DNA from: the human T2T-CHM13v2.0 reference genome, Homo sapiens
Assembly (NCBI RefSeq): GCF_009914755.1
Contig: NC_060927.1
Length of the DNA stretch: 64,000 nt
Direction: 5' to 3' (one strand)
Shown here in pieces: positions 1-10,879 of this stretch (positions are counted from its first letter, which is position 1; each line of letters starts with the position of its first letter). The notes under the pieces were generated by a model. It had not been told where the DNA came from and did not search any database. It saw nothing but the letters and a program-made list of their open reading frames with translations. The position numbers and the translations under genes are program-made.

Positions 1-681
1 TTTTTAAAACTATTTAAGCTGCCATGTTGTAAAATAGCACACACAATAATTCAATGTAGTGTTTCTCAGGATTCCATTTTTTCTAATTTCCCATCATTAT
101 TTTTGGTGTACTAACTCATGATCAAATAAACAGGGTCAAGTTTGAGACATTATCACTATGTTTCTTAAAGAGTAAAAACTTGATGCCATCATTGTGGCAT
201 AAAGGCACAGATTTTTAAATATGAACTGAAACTATGCTGGTTAGAAGATTTTGTTTAAATTCTAGATTTATGTCCTCCTTTAATTAAAGATCACTATATC
301 ATTGACAGTGATAATATGTGACAAGTGTTTTTTGCATATATAAGTATTTTTTAGCTTTAACAAACTGTGCTATCTTGAGCAAGAAACTTAGTATTGTTTG
401 GAATAATATTTCAATTATATAAGTAAAATGTAAATTATATCTTTATCCAGTGGATTGGAACAATTGACTCCTTGATGGTCTTTAAAAGTGGCTGAGATGT
501 TGGAAAGGTTTTGTATCTCAATATCTAATCAGGCCTAGGCTTAGTGTTAATATTGTCAAGATTGAGAACTTAGGTCACCAATCATAATTGAAGCTAAATA
601 TTTCTAAAACTTCATTAAATCTTGATTTACTGATTTTCTGTCTTTGCTATAACCAGGCAATCTATGATAAAATTATAGTAA

Positions 682-991
<310 letters not shown>

Positions 992-1180
992 ATAATCTCT
1001 TTCTAAAAAGTATCAAAGGTATTGTTTACAGTATTTGAGAGATATTTTTGAAGCCAAGGTTAAGTTTTACTTGATTTCATTTAAAAATAAAAAAGAGACT
1101 TCCTGATTCCCCTCACACACTGACCTCCTCATAAGCATGTATGGGCACACATGCACACTGACCCACACACTTATCTCAAG

Positions 1181-1347
1181 ATTCCAGGTGGCAGAGGAAC
1201 TGCTGGATCAAAACACATGTTCCACGGACCACAGGTTTACCAGGAAGGAACTGAAGCTGCTTGTAAGGTTATTACACAACTTTTTCCTTGGAATCACAAG
1301 CCATACTGTGGTATGAAGAGGAAAGTACCAAGGGCTCCATGGTTAAG
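1181..1347 (+). ncRNA. Candidate non-coding exon antisense to CLDN1 intron 1 (probable 5' leader exon of a long CLDN16 isoform)
   Basis: Branch-like CTGAC (1158-1162), acceptor TTATCTCAAG|ATT, strong donor AAG|GTATGT at 1348; 167 nt. Assignment to CLDN16 is from recollection of long isoforms and is not verified. Confidence 0.5.
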
Positions 1348-1543
1348 GTATGTCCTCTTTCTGATGGATGGTTTTTGCAAAGGCTATCATTATTGGGAAA
1401 TAACAAATAAAATAACTAAACCCATACATAACACAGATTTCAGATGTGGTCCTAAGATTACACTTGGCAGGAAAATATTTCAGGCAGAGATATGCCTGAA
1501 GAGGAGATGCTGAAAGTAACAAAGATGATCCATGTCTGGAGGA

Positions 1544-1656
1544 TAGGGAAACCACATATCTCAGTTTGCCTGGAACAGTCCTAGCTTTAAAGTTTAAAGT
1601 CCTACATCCTTAGAAGGCTCTCAATCCTGAACAAATTGGGAGAGCTGGTCATCCTA
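1544..1656. mobile_element. MER94-like hAT-Blackjack MITE
   Basis: Degenerate TIRs TAGGGAAACCA...TGGTCATCCTA, with internal GTTTGCCTGGAACAGTCC similar to MER94. Confidence 0.6.
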
Positions 1657-3933
1657 ACGCAGGATGATAGGATGTGCAAAGTAAAACGAAGTTTAGCAAG
1701 GTGGGCAGAAGGCATATGTCATGCAGAACTTCGCAAATTAGGGTAAGAAGATGGATTCTATTCTAAGTATAATCAGAAGTCATATGATTATCTTGAGAAA
1801 GGGGCGACATGATTTTTACTGTCAGCATAGAGATCACACAATCAATAAATATTTCTATGACAGCACTTCAAGCATCTATAGCATCTTACATTTCACAGCC
1901 TCCTCCATTTTATTTTCTCATAAATACTCTTTTTCAACCTTTTATTAATCATTTTAGATGTTTTCTCTGATCTTGCTCCAAGTTTTTCTCTTTGTTCAAG
2001 TTGTGGGGCCCCAAACTGGACCAGTTTATAGAATAATCACACTGATCTTTTCTTCAAGTAAAAACAGAAGGTCACTTGCCCGGCAGGTCTGAGCACTTAG
2101 ATCGCAGAGTAGTCTTCAAGAGAAGTCTAACTGGGCATCAATCTCATGAGTCGGACTGTGTAAAACCCCTGATCTCCCAGGCAAGGAACACATGTGCATA
2201 AACTACTCCAGGGCCCTTACTGCACCCACCTGGAATGACCTAATATTCACATTTTTAATCTCTAAGTTTTTGCCCATTAAGTTCTCAAAGAAAACACATT
2301 TGATTCATGTCAAATCTATCTTGCCACTTCATCTACAAAGTGTTCTTTCCAAGGGGCTGGGGACTGATATTCTGTTCTATGATTGCTAAGAAACCTATCA
2401 GGTTTCATTTCTCTATAGAATAATATATTATTTGCATAATACACAAAAAGTAATGGAGAAAATGGAAAACACAATATTTAAAAATTGCATAAACCATAGA
2501 AATGAGATCCTGCTTTGTTTTTTAAAATGTCGTTTTGCAAAGTAATATTTTCACTTACATCCTGGCAACTATTGACTTATACAATTTATTTGTATGTTCC
2601 AATATTAGATTTGCATCAAACCCAAAATCTTGCTTTGCTTCATTGGAGATATTTGGATAAATTCTTAAGTATAGTTATATGTGAGGAAAATGCAAAAATA
2701 ATATACACATGTAGTCACGCACAAAAAGCTGAGAATTAAAACAGCACGAAAACTCACAAGCAAGGCGTAGGTAATGATAGGTTACCAGTCAAAGTAAGCA
2801 ACTATTGTGTTACAAGTTACAAGTGTTTTATGTGCAGATCAAATCTAAATTGCACAGTTTTAAGCCGGAAACAGATGAATACCTTCACATCATAGAAGTG
2901 TTTTAAATCAGATTTGTAAAGTATGTAATCATGAACTCCTGGATGATTTGAGTCAGATATTTATTCCTATTTCCATCTAAAGCACCAAGCACAGTACTTG
3001 AAAAGTCACATGGATTTATCAAATTTCAATAAATTTAAATTAGAACATGTCTTTATCCTTTAAAAATCTGTACCAATATGATAGGTAAAAATACTTATTC
3101 TCTTGTGTTTAGCTTAATTTTTGAAATAATACTGAGAAATACCTCCCTTGAGAGCCTGGTATGCTAAAATCTTGCTACTAAAAGCCAGACTTAGCTTAGG
3201 TCACTGATAACTAGAAACTCATGCAGATAATACAAATTGTACTTTTTGCTTATTTTGATCTATTTTTTAAAGTATGTATCTAATGAGCTTCAAAGCTTAA
3301 GTTTTGTTTCTTTTTGCCCTAATGGAATGATGAGTGGCAGAGCAGAGAAGTTAAAAAGGATGTTTGAAAGCTATAAAACAACAATTTGGATGAGATAGAT
3401 GTTGTATAGCCTTGCAATATTAACTTTGAATTGGTCTGATTAGAACAAACCTAGGAACAAACATATTCCTTTTCTCACCTCTTAAATTTGCAGCTAAATC
3501 TACAATATTATGACCACTGACTAAAGTTGTCTATGGAGAACCTGGTTAGCAAACATTAAAAAAATTACACTATTTTTTCTCATCATTATTCAGCAGTAAA
3601 CACAGAAGGCAGTCTTTTAATTATATTTAGCTAGACTGACAATCTTGAGATTAAAGACCCCCTAAGGAGTTCTCATCATTTTCCACCTGAAAGTAGAATT
3701 AAAAGTAAATACTTACAAAGATCTCTACTTATAAGACAAGAAGTGAGTTGGAAGTTACTGATCTACTACACTTAGGTTAATCAACAAATGTGTAGAAAGA
3801 CAGACATATATGTAATTTTTCTAAAGCTTGAAAGTCTTGCTACACAAGTAGTAGAATCTACTATCAATACCAGACATTGTTTATGCTATTTTCTAGCCAT
3901 ATTACCTTAGGTTCTATATATCATAAACAAAAT

Positions 3934-4172
3934 ATAGTCATCTCTTGGTATATAAGGGTGATTGGTTCCAGGACCACCCACAGGTAACTAAATCTGCACA
4001 TGCTCAAGTCCTACAGTTGATCCTGTGGAAGCCTTGTATACAGAAAGTCAACCCTCCCTACATGCAGGCTTTGGACTCTCAGATACTGTATTCTTGATCG
4101 GTATTGGTTGAAAGAAATCCACCTATAAGTGGACACTTGCTGTTCAAACCTGTGTTGTTCAAATGTTGACTG
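3934..4172 (+). mobile_element. MER8 (Tigger/MER2-group DNA transposon)
   Basis: GATTGGTTCCAGGACC...ATGCTCAAGTCC...GTTCAAACCTGTGTTGTTCAA...GACTG; ~240 bp, the typical MER8 length. Confidence 0.8.
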
Positions 4173-6120
4173 CAGATTCCAATTCTCCCTTTGCATCTGT
4201 AGTTGCTTAATAAGTATTAAGTGAATAAATGAACTGATGATTGGGTGACTAGAACAAAAATATTGTGCTTCCTTCTCCCCTGCAATTAAATGAGCTCAAC
4301 ACAGACAGTCACAGAAGTGTACTCCCCTGGCTTTTCTCCATATTAAATCTTTTACTTTTACGGAAGTTCAAAGTTTCATAAAAGTCCTAATCATTAGCAT
4401 TTCCCTCTTATTGGTGCATGAGGTGATGGTCACCAGATGTGAACTCAGAACATAAGCAAAATCAGGAGTGAAAATGATCCTGGATGAGGCAGGATGTACC
4501 ACTTTTCAGGATGTCCTCAGAAGTTTTGCTACCTTTCTTGTTTGTGTGTTTCTTCAAGAAATTTTCTCAGAATTAAGTTGATGCTTCTATATTACCTCCA
4601 TTATATTTCCTTAATCACTCCAATTAAGGAAACCTAAGCTATGTGACTTGCCTCTTCCCCTTCAATCACTGAAGTAATAACAAAGAATTCTGGCACTGGA
4701 AGGAATCTTAGAACTCATCTTAGCTGCACCATCCTTAGCAGCAAGAATAGGGCCTAGCTTGCATCTGTTGAATGGATAAACGAATCATAGATTCATCTCC
4801 CCATTCCTCCCACTCTGCCCTATTTTATAAGTGGGGTAACTACTTGAAACCAGGGAGATCAAGTGGCTCACCATTATACACTTGGCTACTTAGTGCCAAA
4901 CCACAGTAAGAACAGAGAATTTCTGATCTCAAGCCTGGATTTTTGCTTCAACTTCCATTATTCTAAGAGTCAGAACTAATTTATGAAGTATATCTGAACA
5001 CCAATGGCCCTTCGAGTACCCTCGGTTCAGCAGGCACAACGCATCTGGAGAAGCATAAATAGGTGCCCTCCTCTCCACTTAGGCTTCAAAGACTGTCCAC
5101 GTCAGTGATTTTGTCTCTCTGATTGAGCCTGACATCATGGTGAGAGTGCTGGGGAAGCTCACAGCCACCAATACTCATTAAGCACACCTACACACATGTG
5201 GATTCATGCAAAGCAAGTTAAACAGGCTAGAGGAGCTTATAAACAAATTACAGAATCTCAGGGTTCGGTGAGATTGAGAGAGAGTCTAGCCTAACCTCCC
5301 ATTTGTCTGGTGCTTGGATCTTCCCTACAACATTCCTTCAAAATGCTTATTTATTCTCTGCTTGCACACCTCCCACCATGCAGCCTCCTACAGCAACTCA
5401 ATCTTTGGACAGCTCTAGCTATTAAAGTCAAGTAAGAAGAAGCATTTAAGCAAGCACATAAAATTGGCGCGAGCTTCCTAAAAGTTTGAGAATTAGATGA
5501 AAACAAGGCGAGAGGTACAGGTGAATCAAGAAAAGTCTACTACAACTGTATCTGGCACTTTTTGTATATTCCAACTTTCAGCTACAAGAATCCCCAGGGT
5601 CAATAAAATCACATACTTTGGATGAAATGGAAATTGTATCAGCCATTATAAAACTACAATACACAATGTGACATTTGTTTCCCCAGGAAGTGCCTCAGTT
5701 ACATTTTCATAAACCGCTTGGCAAGAACTACCTAAAAGAAGAAGCCTTGCTCTATCTCATTTTGTATTTACTGTATACACTATTAGCACACTGTATTCCT
5801 TCAGATACTTTATGAAGGTCATATGCTTTTTATGACCTACCCTACATAAAGCAGGGAAACAAGAGATTTTAATACTTCCCGTGCTAAAGCCCTGCATCTG
5901 GCCGGGAAGACAAGTGTGCTCTACTGGGAAAGACGGCAAGGTACAATTTCGGGAAACCCACAGCTAAGCTTTTCACCTAAACACACTTAATGAAATGCAG
6001 CTTTTTTCTGAGTGATACTGCTTAAATATACACACATAACCCTTTTCATCTCTACATGTAACAAAACTGTACCAAAACCAGCCAATGAATCACCATCCCA
6101 GATCTCTACAGCTGGTGGGC

Positions 6121-6224
6121 GTAAACACCACTGCTCAGGCAGAGAAATGAAGTAAGGTTTCCTGGGTTCTATCCAAAAGCATCCCGTGAGTCACGGCAGG
6201 TGAGAGGAGAACACCTGTGAGTCA
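6121..6224. promoter_or_regulatory. Candidate intronic enhancer: two AP-1 sites, two E-boxes, FOX motif
   Basis: GTAAACA 6121-6127; TGAGTCA 6187-6193 and 6218-6224; CAGGTG 6197-6202; CACCTG 6212-6217. Confidence 0.5.
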
Positions 6225-8271
6225 AGGGTCCCTCTTCTGAGAATGGGTTTTGAGAGAAAGGCCTAAGCCACACCTTGGATAAACTATGGCTTTAAGTAAA
6301 ATAAAAGTGGATTCTGATCTGGAGTTTTAAAAAAATAGGAAGACATCTCTAAAGTGTGTGTGGGGGGGTAGGTATTTAGTCCTTTCACCCTAGTTTTAAA
6401 AACTGTAATAACTACATTAACCAAAAAATGAAAGTAAAACATTTTAACACATTATCATGTGTAAGGATGATCCATTTGAGTATTTACAACATAGATCAAT
6501 CTGATTTCATTTGGTCATTTCAGGAAGTTAAAAGAAAACCTATTTAAAGATGTTGAAAAGGAACTATTTTGATCAGAGGAATAAAACTGACAGTGAGACC
6601 TCTCTGGAATTGTCCTTAGAAACCTCCACCTGCCAATTCCTTAACGTGGTACCTAAAATGCCTGACACCGTTTCCTTAAATATATTTATCTTTCCATGGA
6701 GAAATTCAATAATTATTACCAAATTTTTCATTTTATAAGTACAAATATAACCCCTGAGGGCAATGAGCAACACATAATTACTAAACTTATGGATTGGTTT
6801 TGGTGTAAAGAAGTCCTGATATGAGAACCTTCAAAAGCTGAAATAATAACACTCAAAACAACCATGCACATTGACTGAGCAAATGCCACAGGTATTCAAG
6901 GTGTTCAAACAGATTTGGAACAGGTTTAATAACTCTAAACTATATGGCTTTTGATATACACTATTAAAAGTTGTCCCTTGATAGGAGGTAGACAAAACAA
7001 GTTAAGTAAACTTGAACAATGCCAACACTTTTCACCCTTAGCATGCAATGGGGGCCAGTGGGCAGTCACGTTCATCTAGGCAAAGACTAAGGGATCTTTT
7101 CTTCAAGTGAGTTAAAGGGCATAACAGACACATGATATAAGACAATTAATGTGATTTCTCAAGGAAGATACTCCAGCCGTGAATCATTATTATCTAAGTA
7201 AATGGGAATTTAATGACTTTTCGGACAAGGAACTCGAAACCTTTAATTTAAAAAAAAAAGTAAAACAATTATCCTATTATCCTTCTTCCCACCATCCTTA
7301 GAAATATGTCTCTCTATACAATCCTTTCCAGTTTTACAGGGGGTCACTGAACATCCATTACACAGAAATTTCTTTGTGGAAGATGGAAACCTAAGGAAGA
7401 CCCACCTCTTCTTTCTCTCTCACTGCCTTCCACTCCCAGCTGACCTCTGATTTCATCAGCTATGACTATTTTGCTGCATTTCCCTTCAGTGCCTTTACTT
7501 TTTTCTTTGTATTATGTTGCGCAGGTTATTTAGAACCTTTCTTGTCAGCCTTTCCCCACCTGCCACCAACCTTCTCTTTCCAAGATAGCACTACACCGTC
7601 AGCCTCTACAGAAGACCTTGGGTCTGAAAATTAAAACTTCGGGGGAATCTCAAGCAGCTTCTCCAAAGAGTCTTGCAAGGGGCCTCCCTGCACTAACTGG
7701 ATCTTATAAATTAAAAGAATCAACCTCAAGCATAAGCAGAAGACACTTAGATAGGACATTTCCAGTAGGAATGTAACTTTTACTATGAAAAAATCATATT
7801 AAAGGTTAAAAAGTTATATCTAATACTTGAGGATTATTTATTTAAGCGTGCACACTTGAGAAGTTACCAGGCTTCAAACTTTTTCAGTCATCCCATTTTC
7901 TTGTCTGAACTCTACCAATCCTCAATTTACCCCAAATCTCGGAATGCCTAGGAGAGGTCTAAGAGCTCAAGTTCAAGTTTGGCCTTCACTCCCTCAACTC
8001 GAACCACCAGCATAGGAATTTAGGATGAAGCCACACCTAGAGTGGCAGAAGTGTCACCCAGGGAGTTAGAGGCAAAACTAGAGCTTATGCCTGGGCGTCG
8101 CTTTCCTCAAACCAGGATTCTCTTCATTTCCTTATGACAGAGCACATGATCAGAAGACTTGATCAACTGAAGACTGATAACCATGGAATCACACAACAGA
8201 ATGAGCCCATAAGGGAGCTGCAGGGGGACTGGGGCCTCTGGACGGCCGCTGTGAGGTGGGGGTGCACTCAC

Positions 8272-8494
8272 TGCTCAGATTCAGCAAGGAGTCAAAGACT
8301 TTGCACTGGATCTGCCCGGTGCTCTGCGACACGCAGGACATCCACAGCCCCTCGTACATGGCCTGGGCGGTCACGATGTTGTCGCCGGCATAGGAGTAAA
8401 TCCTCCACTGGGGCAGGGCAGTGCTGACGATGGCGCCGATCCATCCCAGGAAGGCGAGAATGAAGCCCAACAGCTGCAGCCCCGCGTTGGCCAT
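8272..8494 (-). CDS. CLDN1: Claudin-1, coding part of exon 1 (codons 1-74 plus first base of codon 75)
   Basis: Translation [74 protein letters not shown] matches the human claudin-1 N-terminus (TM1 + ECL1, W-GLW-C-C claudin signature). Kozak context GTCATGG. Ends at the donor AGCA|GTGAGT (8271-8266); 223 nt. Confidence 0.98.
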
Positions 8495-8734
8495 GACTCG
8501 CTCGGGGGCCCGCGCTGGCTCAGGGGTGGCAGGTGCAGAAGGCGGAGAGTTTGCAGGTGGGCAACCCGGACTCCCGAAGGTGGCTGGGCCCCGCGGAGGA
8601 AGTTAAGGCGGGGAGCCCTGCTCGCTGCGCCGCCGCTGGAGAAGCTCTGGGTCGGGGTTGGGGTCCGCGCCCGGGGCGGCGCTGGAGTCTGGATACTAGA
8701 AGCTGAGGTTGCTCCCAGGCTCGGGAACTGAGAC
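8495..8734 (-). other. CLDN1: CLDN1 5' UTR (exon 1); TSS approximately 8734
   Basis: GC-rich leader upstream of the ATG. TATA-like TTTAAA (8757-8762) lies ~25 nt upstream of GTCTCAGTT (Inr-like TCAGTT). The exact TSS is inferred. Confidence 0.75.
8530..8559. promoter_or_regulatory. Paired CAGGTG E-boxes (Snail/Slug/ZEB type) in the CLDN1 5' UTR
   Basis: CAGGTG at 8530-8535 and 8554-8559, both in GCAGGTG context. CLDN1 is a known target of Snail-family repression. Confidence 0.65.
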
Positions 8735-8828
8735 GCAGAACCGCTGGGCGCCGCGATTTAAAGCAGCTCCGCCCGCCTCAGCCCCGGCAGCCGGGGAGCG
8801 CCCCCTGGCGGTTTCAGGGCGGCTCACC

Positions 8829-8949
8829 GAGAGGGCGCCGGGAGCGCCCGGTTGGGGAACGCGCGGCTGGCGGCGTGGGGACCACCCGGCAGGACTAGGC
8901 ACCAGAGCTGCGTCCCTGCTCGCTTTCTCTCGTGGATCTTCTCGCTCCT
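8829..8949 (+). ncRNA. Candidate divergent first exon from the CLDN1 CpG island (long CLDN16 leader / antisense transcript)
   Basis: Donor CCT|GTAAGG at 8950 at the edge of the CpG island. The start coordinate is approximate. Confidence 0.5.
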
Positions 8950-9287
8950 GTAAGGCGTTTCACGCTTTTCATTCATTCACTCCAATTATCCAAAAATTAC
9001 TATGCACTGTACTTGTAAATCCTAACACAAAGATGAAAAAATGATCCTTCAAGAGCTGCAGTTTTAGGTTTAATACTTTTTTCCCAATATCTTATTAAAA
9101 GGCATTTCTACCCAACTCCGCGTCTCCTCCCCCATCACACCATTTCTCTCTCCTTTGCTTGGCTTCCTCCCCCTTCTTTCCTCTCTCTGCTCTCTTCTGT
9201 CAAGGTCGTTCCATCACTTGTCTCTGCAAGGAGCCTCAGAGACTTTTACACTCTACAGATTGGGAAACAGACCCAGAGAGCAACATG

Positions 9288-9291
<4 letters not shown>

Positions 9292-9329
<38 letters not shown>

Positions 9330-9337
9330 ACTCACGC
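9292..9337. repeat. (CA)n microsatellite ~560 bp upstream of the CLDN1 TSS
   Basis: About 16 pure AC units plus a degenerate tail. Confidence 0.95.
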
Positions 9338-10474
9338 ACGGAGCATATCCAGTACTTGGCTCCCCTCCCAATCTGCTTTCCACTACATATCAAGTTGACC
9401 CAAAATATCCCCTTTGATCTATGATTGTCCTTTTTGATGTATTATTGTCCTTATGAAACTTCAGGCTAGCAGCCCTTCCCCGCCAAACACCAACCTCCTC
9501 CCCACAGCAGTTATGTCTTAGAGCAGCAATTCATTATCAGAGGGACCTGGCCAGTGCCCCGCTCTCCCTGAAAGGTGTTAATTTTGTGAGTTATCAAATG
9601 TTGTTCGTCGCAGGTGAGGACATGTAAACAGCGTTTCCCCAGTGGCAAAAGGACTGGGCTGGAGTTGAGGAAGTCTGGGCTCTGGTTCCAGCTTTTACTG
9701 TGACTGGCTATCTCACCCCTCCGGTTTCGGTCTCGCTGGGACTGTAGTTTCCCTCTATGTTTCTCCAAAGCTTCCTTCTTTGTAGTTAGTCAGAAGTGCT
9801 GTTGTGGTTAGGAATCATTGAAATGTTTTTCCAACTGCTTTTTGTGTGTGGTGCGAGTGTGGTGGGAGGGGAAGCTTCTATGGTTTTAGTAAAAACAGAA
9901 GCATCTTGGAAGCAGAAATAAACATATTAAGGATAAAATAAGATATACCCTTATATACCATGGCAACTGCTAGTTGGTGACAGAGAAGGAAAGGTGCAAA
10001 TTCTCAAGGTGGGAATGGGAAGAAAGGCCAAGCCCCACCACCTTCATTTCCACCTGGCTCTCCCTGGATGCCTTTCATGTAGGCTTAAAACTAAAGGACT
10101 TGGCCGTGCTAGGATTTAGGGACAAGCAATGAAGAATGTAAGACAGGAGCTAGATGAAGACAATTAATTTGGACTGAGATTAACACAGTGAATACTGTCT
10201 TTCTCCTATCAGCTGTTTAGGACAAGACCATGTTCGTGTTGTATCCCAGGGTTAGGGCCTGCAGTCAGTACTACTGTCTAGGTCTCAGTGGATGTTCTGT
10301 GGGTGCCTGTCAGTGTGGATGAAGATGTATCAATCACATTTGATTTTGTAAAAATTCCCTGATCAGAGAAGGCACTGGAATTTGCTGCAGGACTAGAGCA
10401 GTACCATGTGAATCATATAATCTCATTTTCTTCTTTTTTTTGTTCCAAACATTTAAGAATTAAAAGTATTATTA

Positions 10475-10879
<405 letters not shown>

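Larger units (their letters stand above)
8230..8960. promoter_or_regulatory. CpG island / CLDN1 promoter (TATA-like TTTAAA 8757-8762, GC box CTCCGCCC 8767-8774)
   Basis: Abrupt high-GC, CpG-dense segment in an AT-rich background, spanning exon 1. An Sp1/KLF GC box sits immediately upstream of the TATA-like element. Confidence 0.9.

Noticed and set aside
1151-1513. 120-aa plus-strand ORF in intron 1
   Set aside because: No recognisable homology, and it runs across the candidate splice sites; likely a chance ORF.
8189-8271. C-terminal extension (ECTPTSQR...HSVV) of the 101-aa ORF
   Set aside because: Read-through past the GTGAGT donor into intron 1; not part of claudin-1.
8134-9044. Plus- and minus-strand ORFs overlapping the CpG island (8134-8427, 8421-8606, 8696-8902, 8709-9044)
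   Set aside because: Stop-poor GC-rich frames, several with non-ATG starts, and no recognisable protein family.
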